DNA of 64,000 nt from a virus (IMGVR_UViG_3300009130_000028:1441-65440); one strand, 5' to 3'; shown: positions 18,589-30,099, counted from the first letter of the stretch. The notes: a model not told the origin generated them from the sequence alone. Program-made: numbers and translations.

Positions 18589-18752
18589 GCTTATTTATAT
18601 CGGAAGAGAAGAGAGAAAAGAGATTGGAAGTTTGTAGAAGATGTGTCGAATATAATGCCACTCTTTATCAATGCAGGGAATGTGGATGCTTTTTAAAGAT
18701 TAAGTCATTATTAAAAAACCAGAAATGTCCTAAAGGTAAATGGAATGAGTAA
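18585..18752 (+). CDS. small Cys-rich Zn-binding protein (not in ORF track)
   Basis: RLEVCRRC...QCRECGCFL..K......CPKGKW (55 aa); ATGA overlap. Confidence 0.7.
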   Translation: MSLFISEEKREKRLEVCRRCVEYNATLYQCRECGCFLKIKSLLKNQKCPKGKWNE

Positions 18753-19476
18753 AAATAAAAACGGCAGACTTTCAGTAAAAACTATTATTGCTAATGTAAT
18801 AAGAGATTTACAGCTAAGAGATGCAGCACAGATTTATGATTATATGATTGAATGGGCATATGAAGCTGAGATATTAATTGGCTCATATGACACATTTATT
18901 AGAAAAGAATGTGAGATATCATTTAAGAACAACCGTTCTCCGTTACCAAAAGACTTCTATAAGTTCATATCATTAAAGGTTGGTGGTAGCTTTCCAGAAA
19001 TAACAAACAGAGATTTTAGATTATTTTCTAGCGATAGCCCTAATTTGGCTGTCAAAGGAAACTATAACGTACCTAATGAAGTGGGTAGCCCAGGCTTTCC
19101 TTTTGACCAGGGAGAAGAAAATAGGCTTGTTACTAAGTTTAACATAGATAATGGGTATGTTAATATCTCTAGTGTAAGTGATGGGTTAAAAGGCGGTCTT
19201 GCTTATTTAGCATTTGATTTAGACGAAGAGGGGTTTCCTTTAATTAAAGATGGTCATCAAATGGCTGTAACTGCATATATTATGTGGAAGTATAAGAATG
19301 CAGAGTATGTGCAAGGGAAGGTTACGCACCATGTTTATAAAGAACTTGAGAACAGATGGTACTGGCTTTGTGGAAAGGCAAGGGGAGATGATGAGATGCC
19401 TGACCCAAAACAATTAGAATATATTGCTGCTATGTATTATCAGCTATTGCCAACACCAAGCAAAAACTATTTTTAG
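18745..19476 (+). CDS. tail tubular/ring protein (P22 gp4-like)
   Basis: EWAYEA, LPKDF and YLA..LDEEGFPLI motifs; precedes the tail stabiliser. Confidence 0.8.
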   Translation: MSKNKNGRLSVKTIIANVIRDLQLRDAAQIYDYMIEWAYEAEILIGSYDTFIRKECEISFKNNRSPLPKDFYKFISLKVGGSFPEITNRDFRLFSSDSPNLAVKGNYNVPNEVGSPGFPFDQGEENRLVTKFNIDNGYVNISSVSDGLKGGLAYLAFDLDEEGFPLIKDGHQMAVTAYIMWKYKNAEYVQGKVTHHVYKELENRWYWLCGKARGDDEMPDPKQLEYIAAMYYQLLPTPSKNYF

Positions 19477-19479
19477 TAG

Positions 19480-22400
19480 ATGTCAGAAAGGATTACAAAT
19501 AGCTTCAATGGAGGCATGAACAGAGACCTTGACAAGAAGTTAAGGAAGAATGATACCTACTCTAGAAGCGTAAATGGAAGATTAGTATTTAACGAAGAAG
19601 GAACATATTCTTGGGAAAATGCTGTTGGAAACATCAACTCTATATCTAGTCTTCCTGTAAACTCTACTATTATAGGAAATGCTCAGTTTACAAATCTTCT
19701 TGTAGTATTTCTAATAGTAAGCACTTCTAGTGGAGATGAATATCAAATAGGTATAATAAAAACTGATATAGATGGATTTGGCGAGTATTATCCATTAATA
19801 GATAGCCTAGGCACTCCAGATGCTCCACTACTAAACTTTAATACCAAGTATCCATTACAATGTAGCTCATTCCACGAAAGCGATAGTTTGCTAAGAGTGT
19901 ACTTTACGGATGACTATAATGAGCCAAGAGCATTTACGTTTAAGGTTGATGATGGTGCTTCTTCGGGATATTCTGCTGTAACATCTTCTGTAAAGCAGAT
20001 GGGAATAACGGTTAATTGGGAGATGTCTCCATTAATCGTAACAGAACAAGCTCTTGATAACGGAACACTATTGTCTGGAATGTATCAATATACTTACAGG
20101 CTTACAAATGAGGATGGTTACGAGACACCCTGGTTTCCTCTTTCCAGACATATAGTTGTCTTTGCAGGAACAGATGACGAAGGATATGATTGTAATCTAG
20201 ACTATTTAAATACAGCGACATCAAAAGCAAACAAAATTGTAATAAACAATATAGATGTTGACTATAAGACTATTGAGGTAGCTTATGTCTTTTCTGTCAC
20301 TTCTAGCGCACCTTTGGAGGCTGCTATATTTTATTCAGAAGAAATAGATAAGGGAAATCCCAATCTTGAAGTTGTTCATTATTCTAATGAAGGTCAAGCG
20401 ATAACCTTAGAATCCATTGTTGATAAGGTTCAGTTTATAAGAAAAGCAAAGACTATAGCCGTTAAAGACAACAGACTGTGGTTAGGAAATATAGAGTCAA
20501 CAGAACTTATTGATATCCCAGATGCTGTATTTGACGACCTTAATATAGAGTTAAATGTCAAAGCAATCCTAGACGACCATTCAGATGGTGGTGTTCATAA
20601 AGACTTAGGAGGCGATGCGTTTTATGATGGTGGTAGCTATTCAAAGGTAAGAAGGTCGGGAGTGTTAAACCAGCAAGTAAAGACAAATAAATATAATACT
20701 ACAGGAGGAACAACAGAGTATGTATCCAGAAAGGCTCGTTGGTCGGACTATACTGACCCTATTATAGAGCATGCACATACAGGATACTTCAGGGGCGAGA
20801 CATATCGGTTTGGTTGCACCTTTTTCGATAAAAAGGGTAATGATATGTTTACCGTTCATTTGGCAGATATTTCTATGCCAAGGCAAAAGTCAAGCACTAC
20901 TTCTGCTCCAGACGATACATCTGTTTTAAGCTGGACAAGAATAAAGTCAGATGGGGTTTTACAAAATGGAAGCAATACATATGATTGCCAACATCTTAGC
21001 TCTACCTGTGGGATGCTTTCATCTATGATAAACAAGCAGGCTGGTTATGGGGCAGTTTCAGATATCACAGCAGGAGATATGGGGGAAAATGATAATTATA
21101 AATATACTGACTTTCAAAGAATAGAGACCTTAAATAGTAACCCTAATGACTTAGATGAGGATAAAATATATAATACTGGCGATGGATTGAATCTAGATAC
21201 AGACTCTTGTCTTCATTCGTGGATAAAAATATTAGGATTAAGATTTAGTGGAATTAATTTAGATGTTCCTGTAAATGGCACTCCTTTGCATGAGCTTGTT
21301 GGCGGATTCAAGATTGTAAGAGTAGCAAAGCAGGATAAGGATAGAAGAATAATAAGACAGGGATTATGGTTCCAGGCTATCACTGACAGTTATAATGACC
21401 CTACAACAAGACCAAATCCACATCCTGCTAATTGGAGCCCTACCTCTAATGTTTTAACTAATGTAGAATCATGGAACCAAAGATACAATAATGGTAACGG
21501 AACTGGCACTTCTGCTATATATGAAAAGTTTGTAGGAGAGTTTTTTAGCCCAGATATTGCCTTTGAAGCCACCACTCCTATTAAATATGAGAATGAAAAG
21601 CTGATGACAGTAAGCTCTGTGTGGACTACATCTTTAAATGAAAGCAAGTCCACAGCAGGGATTAGCGGATGTTGGTGGGGTAGCTTTATAGGGTCAGGTA
21701 CTCCTTTTGCAAGTAATGGGGCAAATGGTGTTATAGATAAAATAGCAAATGATTATACAGGAGCACTTGGCGGATATGATGAACAGCATTCTATCAAGGG
21801 AATACCTTTTGGTGGAAACAGAAATGATAATAATGATTATAGTAATGACAGAAGGCATCATCATTATTTGCATAAACTGTATAATTCAAGAAGTAGTAGA
21901 GATTTTAATTCAGACCAGAGATATGTTTCAGCAGGCAAAGAGCTTGGATGGCGAGGCGACTTTACTGTATTTGGCATAACTAATGGCTCTAGCCTTCCTA
22001 GTGGAGAAATAACAATGCCAGATGGAAAGATTTTTTCTCCTGCTGCATTTATGTCATATTATGGTTCATTTAAAGAACAAACAGTTGGCACAGGCTCTAG
22101 TAGTAACTGGATAGATGATAAGTTTAAGGGAGACAAAGAAGATGAATGGCTTAGGGCATCTTTGAACACTAAAAGCATTATACTTCAGGTGCAGCCAGAG
22201 GTACAACTTGGATTCTATGGCGGCAATGGTGGGTTTGCATATAATGGCACACCTGTTTGTTATTGGGTGCTAAACTGGGAAAGAGATATTGAGGATGAAG
22301 GAATGTATGGTGGTCAAACAGAGAATGCGTTACAACAAAACATATTTGAGACAACAGGTCATTTTCAAGAAGTTAATGATTCAGTTATTAGCAGTAATGG

Positions 22401-24027
22401 AGGTGTTTTTGACAATATAGATGTATGGGGAGGCGATTGTTATTTGCAATACTTTTCGTGGGGAAGGCTTTATCCAAAAATAACATTGGATGATGGCGAG
22501 ATACAAAATCAAGATAGTTTTTGGAAGAATAGGTTTAATGATTATAGCCAAGGATTTGTATTTCCTGTAGAGTCAAAATACAATTTTAAACTACGTAGGT
22601 CTAGGCTTGACTATACTAATTCAACCTATGACCAAGTAGGATTTACACGACAAGGATGGCTTTCTGGAGAGGGGCAGCCAACATCAACTGTTGCAACAAA
22701 TGTTAAGAATGGACTATTTGTTTCAGGAACATCTTCAACACAAAAAATAGAGAAGTTTACTATTAACGAGCTGGTGTTGGATAATGAAGGATTGAGATTC
22801 TATTTCCCTAAGCCAGCAGATTTTGTGGATAGGTATGATTATCCTACTAGGTGGACATGGAGTGAAGAGAAGAAGCCTTATTCAGAGAACGTAGATAGAT
22901 TCAGGAGGTTTGGAGAGATTAGCAACTTCGACCTTAATGCTACTCTTGGAGAGGTAATAGGAAACGGTGTCTTGTTTGATAATATATATTCTGTTCAAGA
23001 AAAAGGATTTGGAAGGCTGAGGATAGCCGATAGAGCAATGCTACAATCCACACAAGGAGCAGATATTGTTCTTGGTGAAGGAAGCACTATGGCTGGTATA
23101 GACTACATATCAAAAACATTTGGCACTCAACACAGAGATAGCGTTTATAGTTCTGATAAGAATATCTATTGGATAGATGCTAGGATGGCTAAGATAATGA
23201 GGTTTGGTCAAGACGGCATGACGGCTATAAGCGATACAAGCGGATTAAATCAGTATATGAAATCCTATCTTAAAGGTATGGAGACCATAGACGATAGATA
23301 TAATATTGGTGGAATACATACAGGGTATGATTATGAGAACAACGATGTTTTGTTCTCTGTTGTTCATAATGCCTGTAAGAACAAGGATGAATTCTTACAA
23401 GAGAACGAAACATATCCAAGCCCAGGCAGTGAAAGCCAAAGAAGGTCAGGGGAGGCGTTTTCTTATGATAAATTTGATAAAAATTGCTTAACTATTTCGT
23501 ATAATGAAAATATAGGTTCTTTTGTAAGCGAGTATTCCTATCATCCAAAAATGTATATGAATATAGGAAAGTTTATGTATACACACAAAACACCAGGAAA
23601 AATACACCTTCATAATAAGGGAAAGATTGGAGAATTTTATTCAAATACTTATTATTCATACTTAGAGTTTTCAGTAAACAAGTATCCAAGTGTTAGCAAA
23701 CAGTTTGATAATATGGTTTTGAACATAAATGAAGATGGTGTAAAAAGATTATTTACCGCAGATTTTCTTTCAGACATAGATATCTCTGCTAATGTAAATA
23801 TTAGAAGTGAAAATATTCTTGTAAATGGATATGGTGTAAATAGAAGAGCTAGATATAGAGGCGGTCTTTTGCGATTTCCTATGAGAGATTTAGACAAATT
23901 ATTGCCTAGTGGGAAAAGACTTACAGGAAAATCTGTTGATGTTAAATTAAAATTTGAGAACTTTGAAGAAGAAAGGGCTACTATTACTAGCGCTGATGTT
24001 CTTGCAAGGGTTAATCATAGAGTATAA
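19480..24027 (+). CDS. tail stabilisation (muzzle) protein
   Basis: NSFNGGMNRDLD N-terminus; YFTDDYNEPR; KDNRLWLGNI; YFRGETYRFG; GGDCY. Confidence 0.9.
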   Translation: MSERITNSFNGGMNRDLDKKLRKNDTYSRSVNGRLVFNEEGTYSWENAVGNINSISSLPVNSTIIGNAQFTNLLVVFLIVSTSSGDEYQIGIIKTDIDGFGEYYPLIDSLGTPDAPLLNFNTKYPLQCSSFHESDSLLRVYFTDDYNEPRAFTFKVDDGASSGYSAVTSSVKQMGITVNWEMSPLIVTEQALDNGTLLSGMYQYTYRLTNEDGYETPWFPLSRHIVVFAGTDDEGYDCNLDYLNTATSKANKIVINNIDVDYKTIEVAYVFSVTSSAPLEAAIFYSEEIDKGNPNLEVVHYSNEGQAITLESIVDKVQFIRKAKTIAVKDNRLWLGNIESTELIDIPDAVFDDLNIELNVKAILDDHSDGGVHKDLGGDAFYDGGSYSKVRRSGVLNQQVKTNKYNTTGGTTEYVSRKARWSDYTDPIIEHAHTGYFRGETYRFGCTFFDKKGNDMFTVHLADISMPRQKSSTTSAPDDTSVLSWTRIKSDGVLQNGSNTYDCQHLSSTCGMLSSMINKQAGYGAVSDITAGDMGENDNYKYTDFQRIETLNSNPNDLDEDKIYNTGDGLNLDTDSCLHSWIKILGLRFSGINLDVPVNGTPLHELVGGFKIVRVAKQDKDRRIIRQGLWFQAITDSYNDPTTRPNPHPANWSPTSNVLTNVESWNQRYNNGNGTGTSAIYEKFVGEFFSPDIAFEATTPIKYENEKLMTVSSVWTTSLNESKSTAGISGCWWGSFIGSGTPFASNGANGVIDKIANDYTGALGGYDEQHSIKGIPFGGNRNDNNDYSNDRRHHHYLHKLYNSRSSRDFNSDQRYVSAGKELGWRGDFTVFGITNGSSLPSGEITMPDGKIFSPAAFMSYYGSFKEQTVGTGSSSNWIDDKFKGDKEDEWLRASLNTKSIILQVQPEVQLGFYGGNGGFAYNGTPVCYWVLNWERDIEDEGMYGGQTENALQQNIFETTGHFQEVNDSVISSNGGVFDNIDVWGGDCYLQYFSWGRLYPKITLDDGEIQNQDSFWKNRFNDYSQGFVFPVESKYNFKLRRSRLDYTNSTYDQVGFTRQGWLSGEGQPTSTVATNVKNGLFVSGTSSTQKIEKFTINELVLDNEGLRFYFPKPADFVDRYDYPTRWTWSEEKKPYSENVDRFRRFGEISNFDLNATLGEVIGNGVLFDNIYSVQEKGFGRLRIADRAMLQSTQGADIVLGEGSTMAGIDYISKTFGTQHRDSVYSSDKNIYWIDARMAKIMRFGQDGMTAISDTSGLNQYMKSYLKGMETIDDRYNIGGIHTGYDYENNDVLFSVVHNACKNKDEFLQENETYPSPGSESQRRSGEAFSYDKFDKNCLTISYNENIGSFVSEYSYHPKMYMNIGKFMYTHKTPGKIHLHNKGKIGEFYSNTYYSYLEFSVNKYPSVSKQFDNMVLNINEDGVKRLFTADFLSDIDISANVNIRSENILVNGYGVNRRARYRGGLLRFPMRDLDKLLPSGKRLTGKSVDVKLKFENFEEERATITSADVLARVNHRV

Positions 24028-24029
24028 TT

Positions 24030-25157
24030 ATGGCAGTAACTAGATTTGGACAGCAGGAAAGTATGTATGACTATGTTGGAAGTCATTATAGTCATAAAAG
24101 AAATGTAAAGAAAGCTACAGGCTTTAAGACAAGGTTTGGTCTTATGCTTTCTGGAAGAAACAGATATGGTCAAAAGACTGTTGGTGCTCAAATTGGCAAA
24201 ACATTATTATGGACTGGTGTTGGTATAGGCGCTGGTGTTGCTGGTGCAGCTACTGGTGGTGTTGCTGGTGCAGCAATAGTCGGTGGTGCAATTGCTCTTT
24301 CTTCTGGTACAACGGTAGCTGCTGAAAGGCAGACAGAAAGAACATTTAGAGGCACTGATGTCCATAAGGAGATTGCTGAGACTAATGTAGGTATGAAGGC
24401 TGCTGGGGCTGGTCTTACCACCGCTTTGGCTGCTGCTGGAGGATGGGCAGCTCAAGCAGGAAAGGGAGCATCTGCAGCAGGAACTACAGCTGAAGGTGTA
24501 AAGACAGCAGATGCTACAGGAAAAATTGCATTAAATGCTAATAAATTTCAGAATGTAGAATTGGCAAGAACACCAATGAATATATCGGGAACTACACCTA
24601 TGCAGTTTGGGGATAAGGTAGCGCCATTAAGTAATATTAAAACTGGTGCAAGTATTCCATCATCACTAACTACTGCGCAATCTACACCATATTCTCATAT
24701 GGCATATGAATCAGCTAAGACAGCACCAAAAGGATTGTCTAAGGCTATTTCTACAACTAAAGAATTTGCAGATAAGCCAGTTTCTACTATATTAGATAAA
24801 ATAAAAGCAGGAGAGAAAGTTCCTAAAGAAATGGTCAAACAATTAGATAAGTTTGGTAAGCAAGTGATAAAAAAGGGATATACAAAAGTTGGTCAAAAAG
24901 CAGTTGATGCTATTACTTCAGATAATAAGAAATCTATGAAAGAGGCAGAGACCAAAGCAAAGGAAATAGATAATACTATTGCAGAAGGTGGATACGATAT
25001 AAAAAGACAGGAGATTTCGGATAATCTTTCTGAAAAACCAACAGGTGTTAGAAATGCTAGTTATTATGCTAATTTGCAAAGACAGCAATTAAGTATGAGT
25101 GTAGCCGACAGAGAAGATTGGCGAAGAAATTTTTTAAATTCAATAGAAACAGTTTAA
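24030..25157 (+). CDS. ejection/cargo protein with Gly/Ala-rich membrane segments
   Basis: GVGIGAGVAGAATGGVAGAAIVGG; position after the muzzle gene. Confidence 0.65.
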   Translation: MAVTRFGQQESMYDYVGSHYSHKRNVKKATGFKTRFGLMLSGRNRYGQKTVGAQIGKTLLWTGVGIGAGVAGAATGGVAGAAIVGGAIALSSGTTVAAERQTERTFRGTDVHKEIAETNVGMKAAGAGLTTALAAAGGWAAQAGKGASAAGTTAEGVKTADATGKIALNANKFQNVELARTPMNISGTTPMQFGDKVAPLSNIKTGASIPSSLTTAQSTPYSHMAYESAKTAPKGLSKAISTTKEFADKPVSTILDKIKAGEKVPKEMVKQLDKFGKQVIKKGYTKVGQKAVDAITSDNKKSMKEAETKAKEIDNTIAEGGYDIKRQEISDNLSEKPTGVRNASYYANLQRQQLSMSVADREDWRRNFLNSIETV

Positions 25158-25166
25158 TATAATATT

Positions 25167-28100
25167 ATGGCAGCAAATCCAATAGATTCTGAGCTTTTAG
25201 AAGAAGAACTTATAGAGGTAATGAAGGAGGAAGTTACTAATGGTGATTGGGATGCAAATATGTTTAAAAAATACGCTCCCTATCTTGCTGATAAAAAGGT
25301 AATGACGTTTATGAAGGCTTTAGCAGAAGCCGAGTCAGGTACATTCGAACTAGACCAAAAACAAATACCATACTGTCAAGGAGACAGAAGCCTAGACAAG
25401 GATAGAGATGCATGTGTCTTAAAGTTTGGAGAGGGTGGTGATAATGGATGGGTCGAATCTTCTGCTCAAGGATTGTTTCAATTTATAGATGGTACTGCTA
25501 AAAATGTACAAAAGAAAACAGGATTTGACCCACGCTCTACGGGCAAAAAATATAGTGCATTAGAACAGACATTAGCCGCAATATATTTGATTGATACTAA
25601 AACAGGGGCATTAGAAGCAGTATCTTCTGGTAATTATGATTTAGCATCTCGTAAATTAAGAGGAATATGGGAAGCCCTTCCTAGCAACTACGGTGGAAAA
25701 ATAGTTGGAAGAAAGGCTATGGGATTACCTAATGAAAAATGGCAAGAACTATTTAAAAAACATGGAGGTACAGTAATTAAATATCAAAAGCTTACTGACG
25801 AAGAGATGGAGGGTGCTCTTCACGAATATATAAAGAAAAATGACCCTGAAAAATTAGCAGAATACGAAAGATATCAAGAATTTAAAAACAACATTAACCC
25901 TAAAATACAAAAATTTAAAGCAAGTGTAGATAGTATTATATCTGGAGATAACTATACTGTATGGTGGGAGAAGAATAAACATAATGGGAAGAGTCTAAAG
26001 CAGTGGCAGGATAATGTAAATTATTCAGATTCTCAATTAAAAGAATTAGAAAGATGGAAAAATGGAAGGGATTTGTATGATAAAGGAGATAGAAGCGCTA
26101 ATGCTATTCCTCCTTCTGTTGGATTTTCTCTTTATAACAAATCTTTTGGAGAAGGTGGAGAAAGCACTGATTATGAAGAGGTTAAAAGTCGTGCTGAAAA
26201 ATTAAAGAGAGAATCACAGGATATATTAATCAAAAACTTTGAGTCTAGAAAAAACTTTTTGAAGGGGGAGACTATGATAATGTCGGATGAGATACGAAAT
26301 TATGTATTAGGCGATGATGTTTCTGAACTTCTGGGTTCTGAAGGTGTAACTAAAATTCTTAACACTACAAGGGATATTCAAAATAATATAAATAGCCTTG
26401 GAGACAATATAGGTGATTATGATTCTTGGTATGAAAGAAATAGTGAGATTATTTCCAAGTTAGAAGCTCAGAAAAAAAAGATAGATGCCCGACCAGAAGA
26501 TTATGTACCCCCTAAATCGCATACTAGCGTTAAGGGAGGAACAAGTAGTTTGGGCATAGGAAGCAGTACAACTAAAGATTATACTGCAGCAGAAATTGCT
26601 GCTCAAGACTCTAAAATGATAGGAGACTTGATAGGAAGATTAAAGGAGGGTCCAGGTAGCCTAGAGGATATGGAAATGTCTTTTTCTCTTTTGGAAAAGA
26701 CAGGTGAAACAGGATGGGGTGGTTTAGAGAGGGGCGAGGTAGATAAAGAAATACTAAAAAAATACAATATAGATGAGAGCTTATTAGGTTCTGAGATAGA
26801 TAAGGTATTTACTGATTATTTTAATGACTACAAAGGAGATAAAGAGGAAGCAATAAAAAACCTTAAAAATTTAGACCCCACGATACTAGGACTTCCCGAA
26901 GGATACAAAACAGTAGAGGCATATGATTTATACTTAAAAGGTATAAGGGAGCAAATAGACAAAGAAAATAAAGAGTTATTTGACGAGGAATATGGAGAAA
27001 GTTCCTCTGGTAGTAGCGTCTTTGGAGAAAGCAGCAATATAGCAGACGCAGCTAATACGCCTCCCACTATGACGGAGGATGAGTTTAAGGAATATCTGGA
27101 GAAAGTTTCGGGTCAAAGAGAAGAAGCTGGTATTAGCAAGATATATAAGCACATAGGAGATGGAAGCCTTGATACTGCTCTGCAATTTGCTGGTATGTTA
27201 GGCGCTTATAAGTCTGCCACTGCTCCGCTTCCAAAGCAACAGAAAAGCGAAGATTGGAAAAACCATATGAGAGAGTTAAGTGATAGACGGCATTTGGGAT
27301 TAGATGCTGCTACACTTACTTATTATCAAAGAAATGCAGAAAGGGTATATTCTCACGATGTAGACAATATAGCAAGATTTGGTACTTCAGGTCAGGCTGT
27401 GTTAGCATCGTTAGGTAGAGCAGCTAGAGATAAGTACGATGCTCAGCTGAAGATAGCAGCTTTAGATGAAGAGGCTAAGCAAAAACATTTTACTGCATAC
27501 GGACAAGGGTTGGCTCAAGATGAGGCTATGACCCAATCATATTGGAAAACAAATGTTTATGACCAGGCAGATAGAAAGAGAGAATTGAAGGCTGCAATTA
27601 TAGGTCAGCTAACTAACAATTTAAGGGAAGACCAGTTATATGCTAGGCAATACGGAGAAGGTTCATATTATGCAAACCTAATGGATGCTAGATATAAAGA
27701 TACTAGAGAAAGCACTATTACTAAAAGAGCCAGTGAGCTAAAGCTTAGGGGAGGCACTCTTCCTGATGGAACTGAGGTAAGCTATACTGATGCTCAGGCA
27801 TTAAAGATTGCAGAATCAGAAAACCCATATACTCCAGCAAAGCATCCCAAAAGCCTAACGCAGCAAGTTGGTAGTGCTGTTTTGGGTGGTGCTAAAGGAG
27901 TGTCTGCTCTTATAGATAGTGCGGATAGGTATGGCTCAACTCTTGCTAGTGGAATATCTCAGGGTGTTGCAAATCTTATGGAAAAGATAAATGCCCCAGT
28001 TGACAAGGATGATTACTCTTCTTATGACGAAAGCGTAAATAAGTTTAGAAAGAAGCGAAAAATAAAAGGCTCTGGAGTTGCTTATGATGGTGGAGAAGAT

Positions 28101-28184
28101 GTTGCGTCAATGGGCGGAGATAGAGCTTGGAGCAGCCTTACTTGGAAAGAAAAAAGAGCAAGGAAAAGAGAACATAAAATTTAG
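25167..28184 (+). CDS. ejection/cargo protein with N-terminal lambda-R-like (GH104) lytic transglycosylase
   Basis: FMKALAEAESG, SSAQGLFQFIDGT and EQTLAAIYLI...GALEAVSSGNYDLA..KLRGIWEALP motifs. Confidence 0.75.
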   Translation: MAANPIDSELLEEELIEVMKEEVTNGDWDANMFKKYAPYLADKKVMTFMKALAEAESGTFELDQKQIPYCQGDRSLDKDRDACVLKFGEGGDNGWVESSAQGLFQFIDGTAKNVQKKTGFDPRSTGKKYSALEQTLAAIYLIDTKTGALEAVSSGNYDLASRKLRGIWEALPSNYGGKIVGRKAMGLPNEKWQELFKKHGGTVIKYQKLTDEEMEGALHEYIKKNDPEKLAEYERYQEFKNNINPKIQKFKASVDSIISGDNYTVWWEKNKHNGKSLKQWQDNVNYSDSQLKELERWKNGRDLYDKGDRSANAIPPSVGFSLYNKSFGEGGESTDYEEVKSRAEKLKRESQDILIKNFESRKNFLKGETMIMSDEIRNYVLGDDVSELLGSEGVTKILNTTRDIQNNINSLGDNIGDYDSWYERNSEIISKLEAQKKKIDARPEDYVPPKSHTSVKGGTSSLGIGSSTTKDYTAAEIAAQDSKMIGDLIGRLKEGPGSLEDMEMSFSLLEKTGETGWGGLERGEVDKEILKKYNIDESLLGSEIDKVFTDYFNDYKGDKEEAIKNLKNLDPTILGLPEGYKTVEAYDLYLKGIREQIDKENKELFDEEYGESSSGSSVFGESSNIADAANTPPTMTEDEFKEYLEKVSGQREEAGISKIYKHIGDGSLDTALQFAGMLGAYKSATAPLPKQQKSEDWKNHMRELSDRRHLGLDAATLTYYQRNAERVYSHDVDNIARFGTSGQAVLASLGRAARDKYDAQLKIAALDEEAKQKHFTAYGQGLAQDEAMTQSYWKTNVYDQADRKRELKAAIIGQLTNNLREDQLYARQYGEGSYYANLMDARYKDTRESTITKRASELKLRGGTLPDGTEVSYTDAQALKIAESENPYTPAKHPKSLTQQVGSAVLGGAKGVSALIDSADRYGSTLASGISQGVANLMEKINAPVDKDDYSSYDESVNKFRKKRKIKGSGVAYDGGEDVASMGGDRAWSSLTWKEKRARKREHKI

Positions 28185-28201
28185 ATAATAAAAGCATAGT
28201 T

Positions 28202-30094
28202 ATGCCATTAGATTATACACTTTGGAATGTAATAAAGCAGGGAAGCCTTTATGACAAGAAAGCACAGGCTGCTAAAGACAACATGCTTTATCAGGAGAGG
28301 TTGTTTGAGCGTGCTGCAAAGCAAGAGGCTGACCAACTTAAGATGCAAGAAGCATCAGAACTCTTTATGGATGAGGTTCAAAAAGGAATTGGTCAATTTC
28401 TTCCTCAAGATGTTGATAGGGTTAAAGGGATAGAAAAGAATGCGAGAATGAGTGTTTATGATGCTGTAAAAGAATCTGGTGGTGATTTCAAGAGATTTTT
28501 TATGATGGGTGGTCATAGGGTATTAAGAGAATATAAAAACTCCATATTACAATCTAAAGAGGTTTCTAGTGCCGTTAAGAATAAGGGAGTGTATGACCAA
28601 ATGACAAAGGATATGTCAGAAGGGAAATACTTAAAAAAAGTTGTTGTTGGTAGCGGAAAGTCAAGACAAGCGATGGATGCAGAAGAGATGCTTCAATTAT
28701 TTAATGCTGGTAAGATAAAAAACTTATCATATAATGGCTCTGAGAAGCCCGTAGAAATAGACTTTACAAAGTTTCAGAAGAACTATAAAGGAAGTAGCCC
28801 TTATCAGTCTACCCCTGTTACATATCAAGACCTTGTTTATGCTATGCAGCTTATGGGTCAATCACCAGAGGTTGCTCAGAAGGTAGCAAAGAATTATGTT
28901 ATAGGACAAAATGAAAATGGTGAGCCTATTACCACTGGATGGTGGGGTATTAAAGATATGGATTATGGAAATCTATCTAAATTATGGGGATTAAAGAATG
29001 GGTATTACAATGGCAAAGGAGGTTCAGGCAAGTTTATCAAGACAGCACAGGCTGTAGCTCCTATATTGCAATCAATCCCTGGCTTGATAAAAGACCAGCA
29101 GGAGTGGATGAAGAGTGCAGACTGGGTTAGAGCAGATGGAACTATTGAAAATAAAGCTATTGCTAATTATGATGGAGATGCCCAAACATTTGGAGCCATA
29201 CTAAATGGGATGGGAATAGCTGTTGATGCAGATGGAAGAATAAATTCAGATAAATTTGAATGGGAAAATTTTGTGAATTTAGCAAATGGTCATCAGTTTA
29301 GTCTCAAGCCTCATATGTATGATTTTTCTAGTATTACCCCAGGAAGATTGCAGGTTGTTGTAGACAAAAAAGACCCAAGCAAGACAAACATGTATCTTGA
29401 GGCATATGTTAATGTCGAAGAAGAAATATTGGAAGACGTTCTTGACTGGGAAGATTTATGGTTTAACGCAGTAGGAAAGGCAGAGACCAAGGGTCAGGAA
29501 GGGCAGAGTATGTATACTAATGAAAATTGGAAGAGGAAGGGAAGCAATTATAAAGACCTTTCTTGGGAAGAAGAAGAAAGGCTGGGATATAGTTCGGATA
29601 TGAGGCAACTTCGCATAGGAATACCATTGCCCACCGATGAGCTATCTATAGCTAGGATTAATGAAGCAATAGGATATACCCAAGGTAATGTTATGGGTGG
29701 TCCTAGATGGGAAGATTGGGTAAGTCAGCAGATGCAAAGACCTACTGGTACTACCGCTCCAGAAAACATACAGGGTAATGTGGGTTATGGTAATGTTCCT
29801 CAAGGGGTGTTTGCACAAACAGCATGGAATCAAAGACAAGGTGGTGGCGGTGCAGATTTTAGTGGATTTATGAATATGCCACCTAGTGAACAGCAAAAAA
29901 TAGCTGAAGATTTGATGTCAGTAAAGGTTAATCAGCCAAATCAAGAGCAGTCATTAGGTCAGGCTGCTACTACGAGCATGATGTCAGGAGGTCCAAACTT
30001 ACCAGCTATCTTTCAGCAAGCAAACAATGCTGGATTGACTCCTGAGCAATATATTAAAATATTAAATATGATGGCTGCAGGACAGGCTAAATAA
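28202..30094 (+). CDS. ejection/cargo protein
   Basis: 630 aa; helical N-terminus, Gln-rich tail; directly upstream of the virion RNAP. Confidence 0.65.
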   Translation: MPLDYTLWNVIKQGSLYDKKAQAAKDNMLYQERLFERAAKQEADQLKMQEASELFMDEVQKGIGQFLPQDVDRVKGIEKNARMSVYDAVKESGGDFKRFFMMGGHRVLREYKNSILQSKEVSSAVKNKGVYDQMTKDMSEGKYLKKVVVGSGKSRQAMDAEEMLQLFNAGKIKNLSYNGSEKPVEIDFTKFQKNYKGSSPYQSTPVTYQDLVYAMQLMGQSPEVAQKVAKNYVIGQNENGEPITTGWWGIKDMDYGNLSKLWGLKNGYYNGKGGSGKFIKTAQAVAPILQSIPGLIKDQQEWMKSADWVRADGTIENKAIANYDGDAQTFGAILNGMGIAVDADGRINSDKFEWENFVNLANGHQFSLKPHMYDFSSITPGRLQVVVDKKDPSKTNMYLEAYVNVEEEILEDVLDWEDLWFNAVGKAETKGQEGQSMYTNENWKRKGSNYKDLSWEEEERLGYSSDMRQLRIGIPLPTDELSIARINEAIGYTQGNVMGGPRWEDWVSQQMQRPTGTTAPENIQGNVGYGNVPQGVFAQTAWNQRQGGGGADFSGFMNMPPSEQQKIAEDLMSVKVNQPNQEQSLGQAATTSMMSGGPNLPAIFQQANNAGLTPEQYIKILNMMAAGQAK

Positions 30095-30099
30095 ATGTT

